A stretch of 63,101 bases of DNA, filler included, from Jimgerdemannia flammicorona (taxonomy: Eukaryota), in the NCBI GenBank assembly GCA_003990765.1. It is 2 parts of 2 records of this genome, joined end to end, with 100 filler letters (N's around TTAATTAATTAA, not from the genome) between each part and the next. Parts side by side here need not be neighbours in the genome. Positions count along the whole stretch, not along the records: positions 1 to 31,505 come from RBNJ01000392.1; 1 more part is not named here. One strand, 5' to 3'. Positions 1 to 12,723 of the stretch are shown one piece after another. The notes under the pieces were generated by a model. The model was not told the DNA's origin. It worked only from the letters and a program-made list of their open reading frames with translations, and made no database searches. Each line of letters starts with the position of its first letter. Position 1 is the stretch's first letter. Both the position numbers and the translations under genes were made by a program.

Positions 1-640
1 CCCCCCCCCAAAAAAAAAAACAAAACAAAAATCACATAATTGCGGGTGTGCTTAGCTAATCGGGGGTTGCCGTTGTTCAAAAGTAAATAAAATGGTGGTG
101 GTTCTGACTGAAGTTTGGTGTCTGCGATGTGGATAGATGTGTTTGCTTAACAAAGGATCACCGAATTACACTGGTAGTTGAGAATTAAAATTGTATGCTT
201 CCAATTGCGGCATCCCAGAACTTGCTAAGATGAAGTACGAATTGGGTTTTGCATGGGATTATCAAAGTCTACGCTAAATTACACTATTTCGTTTTATTCC
301 ACTCAATCATTTTCTCGCGTCAAGTCTCCCGCAAACACATGAGAGGCACCACCTCCGCGACCTTGTTAATGTTTCTGCCAGAATATTGGGCAGCCAGGAT
401 ATTGAGTTTCCCTTCTCACAACTTCTGCTACGAGCGTTTACATTTATCGTACAATCAGTTTGGCAAAATGACAAACTCTAGCACCGAAATGGAGAATACC
501 ACGGCCAACATTTTCTTCGCAGCAATGGATAAGTGGAAACAAGGTGAGGGATTGCTCGCTGCATCAATGGCTAGCTTGATTTTGCCAAGGTCAATCGACC
601 ACGTCAATGTGGATATTGGGTTGGGTGGCGCGTAATGTCT

Positions 641-674
<34 letters not shown>

Positions 675-1108
675 AGTAGTATCTGGTTTCGTTGTATTGG
701 TAATAAAACTTATATGCTCTCTGTTCTCCATGTCATTAGATAGTGTAATAATGGGCAATTCTTCCGTTATGCCCCAAGACATGGTCGCAAATGCAAATAT
801 ACGTAACTGAGACATTTTTTCATTTGTACTCCTTTTGATGCACATTGCCTGTGGATAAAGGGGTGTTACTACGGTTTCCATGTGACCTGACACTAACTCT
901 TTGAGACGAAGTGCTATGCATGCAAGAGTTGCATGTACATATGAGCGGAACTCGAAGACAATTCTTAAGTGAGAGATTGTGGCTATGCATAGGATGGACC
1001 TCGAATATAAAAGGTGCACGGTATATCTTGCCAACAAACCATCAGCACACCTCACCAACAACACATTCCCATTCCCAGCCCTAAATAAAAATCCTAACTC
1101 CCACCAGT

Positions 1109-1519
1109 ATGTTAACCAATCAACCCACCATCCAAAAGGTTCTTGCCTTCCTCGCCCTCGCTATAATCCTCGTCGTTGCTGCTCCAGCCGTCAAGCGAGT
1201 CCCGCACTATACCAACAGCCTCTCCAAGTGCGGCGGCGTCCCGTTTGATCCTAAGACGTACAACTGCAACAATGGTTTCCTCTGCCCGACAACCACCTCG
1301 CGATGCGGTGCTCACTGCTACTTTACCAACACCTACGTCTGCTACGACAATATCCTATGCCCCATTGGTGAAAAACTTTGCGGTCGCCATTGCTACGATC
1401 CCAGCAAAACCTTCTGCGGATCGATGGGGTATTCCGGTGACGTCGATGGATATTACGAAGGCATGGAACGAGATGATTTTGAGCTACAGTCGGAAGAGTA
1501 TTCACATGATGATGAATGA
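1109..1519 (+). CDS. Small secreted cysteine-rich protein with CBM52 (Carb_bind, beta-1,3-glucan-binding)-type repeats
   Basis: Hydrophobic signal (VLAFLALAIILVVAAP) and a KR processing site. Repeated CG-x3-(Y/F)-x4-(Y/F)-x-C ... LCP motifs (CGGVPFDPKTYNC..LCP, CGAHCY..YVC..LCP, CGRHCYDP..FC). Acidic tail. TATAAAA at ~1006. Confidence 0.75.
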   Translation: MLTNQPTIQKVLAFLALAIILVVAAPAVKRVPHYTNSLSKCGGVPFDPKTYNCNNGFLCPTTTSRCGAHCYFTNTYVCYDNILCPIGEKLCGRHCYDPSKTFCGSMGYSGDVDGYYEGMERDDFELQSEEYSHDDE

Positions 1520-3129
1520 TTTACTGTTAATTGCGAGCATTGAGATTTGGTACTGTTCTTGATGATAGTATAGAGAGAATATCAATATCTGATGTAACGA
1601 CGTTGGTGGATTTGTTACTGTCTGGGATAACCGATGTTGCTTCTATACCCTGGTGAAATTATACCTTCTTGAAGAATAAAAGATTTTTCTCGACTGTTTG
1701 CTACAAATTTATATCCATTCCTATAGCTACTGCTGGTGCACCAATCGGCCACACGTATACCAGTGCTCCGCACATTTGGCCTTATTCAATCGCAAAAAGC
1801 CCCCTTTGTTTAATTTTGCTGTCAGTAAGTTTTCAAAGAAACATCGGGTTTCCTGATTACCGGGACTGACATGTAATATTCTTTAAAGTTACATATTAGG
1901 TAGGACTTCTGTGAGACGGAGTCGGATGATAAGTTTTCGCGTGGTGTAAATCCACGTGATGAATGTGTGTGTGGTCTATAGAGCCCCTCCGCACTTGTTC
2001 GGATATGTAATTGGTGAATGCCGCCTTGGCAACAGAGTGAATGGAGGGGATAATACGCCACTGCATATCGATGGCGTCAAGAACTTTCTGATTTCAGAAT
2101 GGTAATAGTAACCTTGCAGCCATTCCCTTGCGAGAATCACATGTCAACTCTTCAAAAGGCGCACGATACCCATCCCTACGCGTCCTACGTGTTCTATGCG
2201 TACGGCCCACACCGGGTAATTAAAGTTGTATGTGTGTTGGGGGAGAGTAAAATATGTATTGAAGCGAACCGTGCTAAAAGATGCGCAGGAACCGAACTAA
2301 CAACAAAGAAGGAGAGCGGTCCCGAGAGAAAGAGGAGGGGCGGGTGGGAGAAGAAATAAGGGATACAATGTTATGTAAAGTAGGAGTCGTAATGAATTTA
2401 GCGTAGAGCGATAGGTGAGCAAGCGTAGGGCGAGCGTGTGGCTAAGTATGCATAAAGCGGAGGATGTGTATGCGGGGTGTAATGCATATATGAAGAAGTA
2501 GCGCCCGAAACGGCCTCTAATTAGAAACTGGCGTAAAATGTAAAGCGAATAGTTCGAATTCTTATGCGCTTATTGAGCGTTGACACAGCGAGATCTTCAA
2601 TTTTCGTTTGTACGCAATTACAGCGCATTTTGCGATTCCGTGGTGTATTTGTTCTGCATGACGAAATCGAGTAGCTGCGATTGCGTCTCCGTCGGTTACC
2701 GGAATGTAAGGATATTCATTTTTCGGGCTTTCAAAAGTAGCATCCAGCTGTCTTTGGTTCTAGTCATTCGCAAATCCGATCAAACAGCACGCCAATTGTC
2801 GGCCTTAAGATCTATCACAAGGTTTGTCGCCAGCTCTTAAAATGCGTCCAGAGTTTCTTTGCCACCCTCAGCATAAAGCCAGGAGATGCACGAATATTTT
2901 TCGTGATGCTGGTAGCAAAATTTCAGCATAAGTTCGGATTTCTTCATTTCACCAATACCCTTGAGGACTAGCATATGTATATACGCTTTCAGTTTGGTAG
3001 AGGGAAGTAGCTCTGTCGTCTTTTATTGGATTTTCGGAACAGCTCAGAATGCTGCCTCGATTTCAAGATTTATAGTTTGCGCACTGCGCCTTTCGTGGCT
3101 TATTTTCAGGGTAAAGCCAAAATAGCACT

Positions 3130-3484
3130 ATGGCGGAAGTCATCCTGACTAACGACAAGCTTACCATCCCTCCTCATATAAAACAAGAGGTTGATCAAGT
3201 AAGACTCTTCGTCCAAAAACTGCACAACAATAACCTGAATCTGTCGAGATACTCTTCCAACAAGACGGGGCCATTCACAAACGATTCAAGTTCAAGAAAT
3301 CGAAAACTCAAAGCCGGGAAAATGTATGTGCTGCCTTGATGAAGGAGAGGACGAGACCAATCAAAACGGATACAAAGAAATCCCCGAATGGATGGTGCGG
3401 GCACCCAATCCACTTCGAATGCCAGGCCACCCTATACAATGCCATCAACAAATTTTCTACACGACGATCATCTCACGTATATAT
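3130..3484 (+). pseudogene. Frameshifted RING-H2-like gene fragment truncated by LTR element A
   Basis: KCMCCLDE (3320-3343) and, after a frame change, WCGHPIHFEC (3393-3422) give the first six ligands of a RING-H2 finger. The sequence is cut at 3485 by the LTR. Confidence 0.4.
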
Positions 3485-5011
3485 TGTAACAGACCGAAAC
3501 GTACCACTTGAATTATAACTTAGCCAGATGACGCGAACAATTAGCATACTTACTCAGCATGATGTGACTTCCAGTGTATCATAGTTACCCATGCCCGCCA
3601 CACTTATAATTAGCCAAGATACCAGATCAGGATTGTTTACCTGTGTCCTGAGGACACACTCATGTCCTGCGGACACACTCATGTCCTGCGGACACACTCA
3701 TGTCCTGCAGACACACTTATGTCCTGTAGACACACCTGTACCCAGAGGACATACCCAAACATTACCAAAGATGGCAAATCTATAGTTAGCCACATAGTAA
3801 CCAGATAGCAACCAACTTGTATAAATTACCCCAGAGATGAGAGTGAATAAAACCTCAGTTCGAAATACAAACACCAAAGAAGCCTCTAAAGATTGAGCAT
3901 TGGTCCCCTTTCCACTCCAGTCCACTTTCTGATACAAAGCTGATTTTGCTGCCAAGTTTGAGGAAGAACTTCACTACCTTTGGAACTATTGGTTTGCTTG
4001 CCAGATAAGCCTGAAGATTTGCTGCCTAAGTTCAAGAAGAACTTCACCACCTTTTGAGTAACCTGCCACTTAAGGAATAAGCTGCTACATTTTTGGTTTG
4101 CTTGCCAGATAAGCCTGAAGATTTCCACCTAAGAGAAAGCCACCTTGCTTAAGCCAGTTTCTGATGCAACTTTGCAGTGATTCATCATGCAAACAAAGCC
4201 AGTCTTTGATGTAACTTTGCCAAGAGACCCTTTCCCAAAGAACACCACCAGTTGTTCATATTCCCAGTTGAAGCCCACCGATTCAGGAAGAATTCGTGCT
4301 GCCCCATTTCACAGTTAGAGCCTGCCGATTCAGAAAGAATCCACGCCATCCGAGTTAATTCCCAGTTAAAGCTGCCATTTTCAAGAAGCCTGCCAATTCA
4401 GGAAGAATCCGTGTCATCTACCATTTTCAAGTTATCCACATTTCCAGAGAATCCACGCCACCTGAGTCATTGTTCCCAGAGGAGCTCGATTCATGCCATC
4501 CAAGTTATTCATTATTCCCAGTGAGCCTAGGAAGAATCCATGCCATACGATTCCCAGTGAGCCAAATCAAGTTATCTGCTGAATTATCAGAACATCTGCA
4601 TAAGAAACCCATCACACTACACAGAGATCACCATACCAAAATCATCACACAGAAATCGCATAAGGAGAACTACTAAATTACCAGACCATCATGCACAAGG
4701 AGATCATCGTGCTATACAGAAATCACCCATTACTCAAGAAGGAAACTGCTCATGCTATACATAAATTCTGCTATTCCCAGTTGACCCAGAAAGGAAACTC
4801 ATTCACACAAATCGCTGCTACACCCAGAGAACCATCCCAATAAGGAAATCACTCACAGATATCCAGCTTTTGACTATTATACCACTAAACACCAAGGACC
4901 TCAGGAATCTAAGAACATTTTATTACTTTTGACAAAGTAACTAGGGGCTCAAGCCAAACTACATCAACCCCCAAACCTTGTAATTTGCCTCCATTGAGCC
5001 AGTATGTTACA
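3485..5011 (+). repeat. 5' LTR of element A (1527 bp)
   Basis: Direct repeat of 9613-11086 with TG...CA ends. TATAAAT at ~3820 and AATAAA at ~3846. Confidence 0.93.
3644..3735 (+). repeat. 19-bp tandem array of palindromic TGTCC-N3-GGACA units in LTR A U3
   Basis: About 5 copies of tgtcctg(c/a)ggacacactca here, versus 3 copies at 9772-9825 in the 3' LTR. Confidence 0.85.
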
Positions 5012-5013
5012 TT

Positions 5014-5030
5014 TGGGGGCTCAACTAGGA
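5014..5030 (+). promoter_or_regulatory. Primer-binding site of element A, tRNA-Pro type
   Basis: TGGGGGCTCAACTAGGA begins 2 nt after the LTR end. TGGGGGCTC is the complement of the GAGCCCCCA 3' end of tRNA-Pro. Confidence 0.75.
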
Positions 5031-8000
5031 AGATTTCAAATCGACATAACTTTTCAGCTCACAAGAACCCATAGTCAAACTGGATACATTTGATACAATA
5101 CTAACCTCTGCCACTACAGGAGAACCAGTCATTACTAGCATTTGGACAGGAAGAGAAGTAATCACCTCAAGACCTGCCAACTACCCAGCATCAGAAGAAT
5201 CCCAACCAGAAGCAGGAGGCAGTACAGCCCAAAATCCCCAACCAGATCAACCAGACAATACAGGCAGCCCTGCTAGAGTTTTTGGAGAACTTGCACAAGA
5301 ACTAGAAGACCTTATTACCCAGACCCAATACTTTACAGCCAGACATCCCATATTAGTCCCAGCAATCTCACCAATAGAACCCCTACCACAACTCCTTGCA
5401 GAACCAGAAGTAGCTCCTATAAGAATACCCAGACCTATTCCATCTCACTTAAGGACCAGAACACTATCTTCAAGATATCCAAGCACCCCCATTTCTGGTG
5501 ACAGTTCAGAAAGTGAATCAGAATCAGAATCCGAACCTGAACCAGAATTAGAAGAAAGTGACAACAAAATGACCACCTCATTGCCAACTTTTGTAGGATA
5601 CCCGGAGGAGGACCCTAGAGAATTCCTTGATGGAATTGAAGGAATCGCAGCCTTGAGAAACCTCTCAGATGAAAGAAAAATCGCCATCTACAAAGCCCAG
5701 CTCAGAGAACCAGCTAGAGGAATTTTCCACTGAACAGCAAACAACCCAGATTCAGAACTGGCAGGACAGATATAAGTGGCATTCTCTGATGAGCTAGAAT
5801 ATGAGGCCATGGTCTATTGGCTCATTGAAAAATATACAGGAAATGAAACCTGCCACAAGGCTCAGGAATCTATCATGGGAATGAAGATAAATCTTGGAGA
5901 ATCACCCAGAGCCTTCTTCACAAGAATCTAGAAGAGAATGCATTTTGCCAGATTCAATGCCACCAACTAAGACATTATAGGCCCAATGACCTTCATGAAT
6001 GAAATTCCTCCAAATATTGCCCAGCATGTCCGCACCCTAGGCATCAGAAGGTCTGAAGAGCAAGTAGATGCAGCCCAAGGATTCTTTGATGTCAGGCAAG
6101 GAACTACCTGGAGTGATCATGATAAGAAGGAAGACAAGGAAGATATCCTGGTCAAAGCCCTGCAAGGACTCCTTCAAGGACAAGAAAGATCCAAAGAAAG
6201 AAGGCCAGCCAAGGAAGGAAAGAAGGACAGAAGTGAAATTCAAGACTTCAGCTCCAAGTTAGACCAATTGGTTGGACAGATTGAAAAACTCACCACATGC
6301 CAAAATCGGGACTACCAAAACAACAGAGGGTACCCACCACAGAGGAGCCAAGGTTACCCACCAAGAGATAACAGGAATTACCAGCAAGAAGAAAGAAGGT
6401 ACCCTGTCCGAGACAGAGCCCAAGTTCAATGCTTCTATTGTAGACAATTCAGACACTATGCCACTGAATGTGACAACAAAAGAAGTGACTGAAGAGACCC
6501 AGAACCACCAAACCGAAGGAATGACACCCAGTATAAGAAAACTGAAGCCCATCCTGTTGAAGATTTCGAGAAAGCAAGCAACAGTGAAGACTACAGTGAT
6601 CTAGACTTATACCCTACCAAGGTTACCACCTGAAAGACAGTCTATCCAGCTGAAAAAAGAAAGAGACCTGTGGGAAGACCATCCAGGAACATCAGCAGAA
6701 GAATTATTCAAGAAGAAGATGAAGAACATGAGGAGGAACAAGTTGAAACACCTCCCCGAACCCCCTCACCTTTTGTGCCTGAGACAAATGAGTTGCCACC
6801 AAAAGATGAAGAAATGGAACAAGAAGAATGAGAACCTGCTGCTCCAAAGTCTAAAAAGAAGTACACCCCAAAGATCATGCCTAGGGATATTTACAATGAA
6901 GCCTGGCAGAAGATTCAAGAAGCCAAGATGGAAGTCCCTCTTCTGCAGTTCTTGCAGTTGACACCAGCCAGAGTCCGAAACAAATTACTGAGAACTACCA
7001 GGTCTAGCACAGGCCGAGTTCCAATCCCACAGCAAGAACCAGCCTCCATCCCTGTCCAAGCAGCTGAAAGACATATCAGCACCTACTTATATGGAGATAT
7101 TGGAGGACAAAAAGCAAAAATCCTCATAGATACAGGAGCAGCTGTCTGTGTCATTGCCAAACAATTCTTGGACACCCTCCAATGGCCCATTGATGGACCA
7201 TCCAACCTCAGCATCATAGTAGCAGATGGAGCCCGAACTCAACCACTTGGAGAAGTACGAAATATCACCATCTCTCTTGGACACATTCAGTTCTCCATCC
7301 CCAAAGCTGTTGTCACCAAAGCTGTCACCTATGACATGATTCTTGGCACCAACTGGATGAAGGAAATGAATGCAGTCATTGATATTGATCAACAAGTACT
7401 CAAGTTTGACTACCGAGGCAAGAAGTACCGAGTTAAGGTGACCAGCTATGAGCAATCAAAGAAGAAAAAGAAGGTCACTATTCAAGAAGAATATGCCAGC
7501 AGTGAAGAGTCTACTACAGAAGAGGAAGAAGAATCCGAAGATGGAAATGATCCCAGACTTAATCCACGAATTAACCTGGTGGATGACAGACCAGAAGACA
7601 ATGTGTGGGCCAAAAACACTATCCCTATCACCATTAGAGCCATTGCAGGGGAAGCCAAAGGATGCCCTACATGCCTCAAGAGATACAAGTGTCCCGAGCA
7701 CTCCTCCAAGATCATGGGAAAAAGGAAATTGCCTGGTGCAGCCTGCCCAGAATGCAGAAGAAAGAAGAAGAAATGCAGACATGTTCCAGAAACACCTGCG
7801 ACCAAAGCTGCAGAAGTACAAGCAATTTGGGGTCAAGAATCATCTGAGGAAGAAGAAACTGCTGACCAAGAAGTTCCTGAACAAGAAGCACCTGATGAAG
7901 AAGAAGTCCCCGAACTCATTCCCTGGGATGACCCTTGCTGGACACCACCTGAAGACAATGACCCCTGGAATACAGAGGAAGGACCCAGTACCATCACCAT

Positions 8001-8769
8001 TATCTCTAGGAAAGAAACCCACTAAGAGAAAGCTTTCTGGCTAGGAAGATGTTCACATCAAATAGTCTTCCACTCTCCCCGAGACTACTGCTATCAGTGT
8101 CATCTGTTGGATCAACAAGAAAGACAGAGACCCCAGAGACCAGAACCCCCAACTACTCTTACACAGTTCACCACTTTTCAAGAGGTCACCACAAGGTTAC
8201 AAAGTCGATTTAGGGGACAAGGCTTCTTCACCTGAACAGAAATATACCCCTTGTCTACCCTTCCCCCAACCTATGATCAAGATGGATACTGATTCCCAAG
8301 ACAACAAGAGATAAATAGCCGGGAATATCATTTCCGAGCAATGGGATATTGCAACTATGGGAGACATCCTGATTGCCAAGACTACAGACACCAGAAGATT
8401 CACCTCAGCCATGATGTTGCAGTGTACACCTTGAAGAAAGGAGATAACCAAAGCCAAATCTGAAAAAGTCAGATTCAAAAAAGCCAGACCAAGAAGCCTG
8501 AAAAAAGAATCCTCAAGATTTACGATTTGGGAGAAGACATCCTAGCTCTCATCAGACATGTAACCTGCCAAGGATGGGCAGAAGATGCCACCAACTTCAT
8601 GGAAGCCCTTGACCCTACAGGAAGGAGGGGAATCAATTACCTCCAAGACCCCTCTACTGGAGCCAGATGGCCACACCTCAACCTTAGAGCTTGGAGGCTT
8701 TCTGCTAGTGGAGCTTCAGCCTTAGGAAAGCCTGAACTCAGCAAGGACATTGCCCAGTATGCCTTGCTG

Positions 8770-9160
8770 CACCCTAAGGCCAAACTCCTGACCAAAGCCC
8801 ACCCAGAGGATATAGAATATGATCTTCACAGCCTGGAAGATGAATCTATCAAGCCTGGAAAAACCTTTATGGTCAGAACCGGATTAGCCATGCAGCCACC
8901 TCAAGGAGCTTATATTCAACTGACCTCAAGGTCCAGACTTGCCAGACAAGGGATAACTGTAGAAGGAGGAACCATTGACCCTGGATATACAGGCGAAATC
9001 AATGTTATCCTACACAACAGCAGTGCAGAATGGCACCGAATCATTAAAGGACAGAAGATTGCCCAAACAGTCTTCATGAAGGTCAAGACCCCACAGTTAC
9101 AGGAAGTCTCTGGACTAACCGAAGGAATAAGACAAGCCAAGAGATTTGGAAGTTCAGACA
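8770..9160 (+). pseudogene. dut: dUTPase domain of element A
   Basis: Trimeric dUTPase motifs EYDL, SRSRLA, GGTIDPGYTGEI, KIAQ and RQAKRFGSS. Confidence 0.93.
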
Positions 9161-9177
9161 GAAAAGAGAAAATCTGA

Positions 9178-9573
9178 GTTCATCAAGAGAACCTCACTTT
9201 GGCTGAGAGGCTACTCCAGGTCCACCAGCTGCAGGCATACTATGCAATTGGAGAACAATTGCAGAATCTTCCTCTCCCAGATGTAGCCTATGTCTGAAAC
9301 ACTACTGGCCTGAATAGAAGGAATACTACTGCTGCAGACAGACTATATACAATATATAAACGAAATCCTTCTACCTTAATTCAGGCCCAGTTTTCCCTGA
9401 ATGACCTCCAAAGGATGATACTGCCCACCTACCTCAGCATTATTCACCAAGTGGAGATTCTATTTCCTGAGGAAGAAGAAGAGCCCCTGGAATAGAGTGA
9501 CCACAGCTCAGATAATAATGATGGAACAGGTATAGATGTAGAAGCTGCTTATGCCTATTGGGATGATGACTGA
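9178..9573 (+). pseudogene. ORF X accessory domain fused in frame behind dUTPase in element A
   Basis: Translation: VHQENLTLAERLLQVHQLQAYYAIGEQLQN...AADRLYTIYKRNP...FPEEEEEPLE*SDHSSDNNDGTGIDVEAAYAYWDDD. It follows TGA 9175-9177, probably an original CGA. Confidence 0.65.
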
Positions 9574-9612
9574 AGAATAGTCTGGGACAGACTACCCTTC
9601 AGTGGGGGCTGA

Positions 9613-11086
9613 TGTAACAGACCAAAATGTACCACCTGAATTATAACTTAGCCATATGATGTGAACAATTAGTATACTTACTCAGCATGATGTGACTTCC
9701 AGTGTATCATAGTTACCCATGTCTACCATACTTATAATTAGCCAAAACACCAGATCAGGATTATTTACCTGTGTCCTGAGGACACACTCATATCCTGCAG
9801 ATACACTCATGTCCTGCAGACACACCTGTACCCAGAGGACACACCCAAACATTACCAGAGATAGCAAATCTATAGTTAGCCACATAGTAACCAGATAGCA
9901 ACCAACTTGTATAAATTACCCCAGAGACAAGAGTGAATAAACCTCAGTCTGAAATACAAACACCAAAGAAGCCTCTAAAGATTGAGCATTGGTCTCCTTT
10001 TCACTTCAGTCCACTTTCTGATACAAAGATTGATTGGTTTGCTTGCCAGATAAGTCTGAAGTTTTGCCGCCTAAGTTCAAGAAGAACTTCGCTGCCTTTT
10101 GAGTAACCCACTGCTTAAGGAATAAGCCACCATTTCCAAGTTATCCTTTGTCTTCCCAAGAAAGCTACCTTGCTCAAGCCAGTTTCTGATGCAACTTCAC
10201 AGTGGAGCCAGTCTATGACATAACCCCATGCAAACAAAGCCAGTCTTTGACATAACTTTACCAAGAGACCCTTTCCCAAAGAATGCCACCAGTAGTTCAT
10301 ATTCCCAGTTGAAGCTGCCAATTTAGAAGAATCTGCACCACCCGAGTTATTTCCCAGAAGCCTGCTGATTCAGGAAGAATCTGCATCATCTGCTGTTTTT
10401 GAGTTATCTGCCACATTCCCAGAAGAACCCTGCTGATTTAGGAAGAATCTGCATCATCCAAGTTACCCAAGTTACCCAAGTTATTGAATTATCCACCTTC
10501 TATGACATCTGAGTTATTCGTTATTCCCAGTGAGCCCAAGAAGAATCCGCCACCAGCATTATTCCCAGTTATCTGAATTATCTGCATCATCTGAGCTATT
10601 ATTCCCAGTAAGGAGAACTCATGCCATACATTCCCAGTAAGCCAAATCGAGCTATCTGCCAGAAATCACATACTTTTAGGACTGTCACACTATACAGAGA
10701 TCGTCACACAGAAATCACATAAGGAGAACCGCTAAAGTGCCAGACCGTCATGCACCAGGAGATCGTCGTGCTATACAAAGATCATCGCACCAAGACCATT
10801 ACCCAGAAATCGCATACTTTTGAAAATTACCTTGCTACATAAAATTGTGTCATTCTCAGTTGACCCAAGAAGGAAAAGACATACAAATCGCTGCTACACC
10901 CAGAGAACTGTCCCAATAAGGAAATCACTCGCAGATATCTAGCTTTGATTATTATACCACTAAATACCAAGGACCTCAGGAATCTTAGAACATTTTGTTG
11001 CTTTTTGACAAAGTAACTGGGGGCTCAAGCCAAACTACATTAACCTGCAATTTTGTAATTTGTCTCTATTGAGCCAGTACATTACA
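9613..11086 (+). repeat. 3' LTR of element A (1474 bp), preceded by purine-rich tract AGTGGGGGCTGA
   Basis: Direct repeat of 3485-5011 with many transitions and indels. Confidence 0.93.
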
Positions 11087-11090
11087 ATAT

Positions 11091-12626
11091 AAATTGTAGC
11101 AAAGTTATGACTATATTTTCTGTGAGTCATTTTTCACAAGTAAAGATTCTTGATATCTATGAATTTTAATAATTGTCAAAATTCAACATCTATTAAATCT
11201 CAATATTTATAAAATAACTACTATTTATATGACTATACTATATTTGAGATTAGTTCAGATATTATGATCAAATGTTTATTCCTCTAATTTATATTCCTAA
11301 TTTAGATCAATTATCATAACTTTCTCCTAAATAGATATTTTATCTCTAAAGTATCTTATTTACTTGAACTCTTAAGCTTCTATGAGTTATATCTCCTTAT
11401 ACTATATAATTTATATCATTATATTCTCCCAATAGTGTCTCTTAATATATTCAAAGTCTCTTAGATCTACTTCTCAGAAACAAGCTAGAGCTGGCTTATT
11501 ATCTTTAAATAACTTATATACTCTTTTAGCAATAATAATTTGGATATAAGAGAGATAATAGTCTTTTTTTTCTATTTCTGGCTACAAATTCAGTAGCTGT
11601 TCCAACTTGAAGTATTCTTGAAACTCAGTTCAGTTCTGATAGATCTTAAAGTATGAGATTTATAATAAGTATGTCTGTACTATACTTTAGATACTATTAA
11701 AGAATTTCTTTATTATGAGTAGCTCAGTAGTATACTATTATCTTTCTATAGCTTATTAAATAGTACTAGTGATCTTGAGGACTATAAAAGTACTTCAGTA
11801 AAGGGCTATAATACTTCTTGAGTTAGTTTTAGTAAATAGTAGTAGAATAATTATATCTGAGAATTTTTGTAGCCAAAAAGTGATTTCTTTTATATTTTAT
11901 ATAAGATAAGATCTTTCCTACTTAGGTTCTAATTTTCATAACCATGAGGCTTCTATTATATTTTAATATATTAGAACTTTATCTTCTATCTTGATAATCT
12001 CCAGAGATCTGTAAATCTTTTTTACATTATTTTACTATAGGGCTTATATCTTGGTTAGGTAATTCTCAGTCTTCTTTCTGATTTAGTATAGTCTCTATAT
12101 CTCTATGTCTATGTATTTCCATATAGTATCTCTATTGAATGATAGAATTTCTTGAGAACTTTCTTCTCTAAACAGTATTTCTTATAAGATAAAATAAGTA
12201 CTTTGTAATTGAATATCCTAAAGAGCAGATAATGCTATTGACAGATAGTGGTCTCAATTTTCATAGTTGTTGCAGATCTTGGTAATGATGTTATTGAGGG
12301 TCTTATTGGTTCTTTCTACTTTAAAAATAGTAGACTATAGTTTAAATATACAGAATCTTATATTTCTTTTAGAGAATCTCAAAGAACTAGTTCATAAATT
12401 CTATTCTTCTATCTGTTATTACTTGTACTAGGGTCTTGAATCAGCAAATGATTTTCTTGTAAAAGAAATCAGTAATTAACTATATATTGACTTTTTTGAG
12501 TAGTTCTGCTTCTATCTATTTTATGAAAAGATCTACAATAATAATGATATATCAGTTACTAGTCAAAGTTAAGAGTAGAGGACCAATTAAATCTATTGTG
12601 ATGTGAGCAAATAGTACTAGTTCTAT
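11091..12626 (-). mobile_element. Relic D: heavily AT-decayed Gypsy integrase plus downstream ORF X remnant
   Basis: The minus strand reads LFAHITIDLIGPLLLT..N*YIIIIVDLFIK*IEAE, ITDRRIEFMN, ERTNKTL and KLEPK*ERSYLI (cf. KLEPKWEGPYLI in B). ORF X remnant at ~11410-11630. Confidence 0.8.
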
Positions 12627-12723
12627 ATATTGTGACATACACAATTGACAATGGAGTACCAGTGACTGCTAAGATCAGACGACATAATGGCATAACAATC
12701 AAATAGACAGCCTTACCCATTAG

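Larger units (their letters stand above)
5050..9573 (+). pseudogene. Element A single-frame polyprotein: Gag, CCHC knuckle, aspartic protease, Cys/His modules, dUTPase, ORF X
   Basis: ORF-track pieces 5986, 6877 and 8527 share one frame and are broken only by TGA/TAA/TAG stops. Motifs: LPTFVGYPEEDPREFL (capsid), CFYCRQFRHYATEC, ILIDTGAAVC ... YDMILGTNWM, dUTPase. Confidence 0.88.
3485..11086 (+). mobile_element. Ty3/Gypsy LTR element A, non-autonomous (gag-PR-Zn modules-dUTPase-ORF X; no RT/RH/IN)
   Basis: Two LTRs, TGTAAC...TTACA (3485-5011, 9613-11086). ATAT on both sides (3481-3484, 11087-11090). PBS and PPT present. No YxDD, RNase H or DDE motif seen in the internal region. Confidence 0.93.

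Noticed and set aside
249..1064. ORFs 249-635 (+) and 591-1064 (-)
   Set aside because: No recognisable motif. The poly-Lys in the minus ORF is only a poly-T run.
1860..2950. Protein-like minus-strand stretches interrupted by stops
   Set aside because: Possibly a decayed gene, but I cannot assign a family or consistent frame.
3644..3735. Palindromic short repeats superficially like a CRISPR array
   Set aside because: There are no unique spacers and no cas genes; it is a tandem repeat inside an LTR.
4940..5024. PBS-like GGGGCTCAA copy and complementary TTGAGCC near the A LTR end, suggesting self-priming
   Set aside because: The PBS fits tRNA-Pro well, and the 7-bp complementarity is adequately explained as an ordinary U5/PBS stem.
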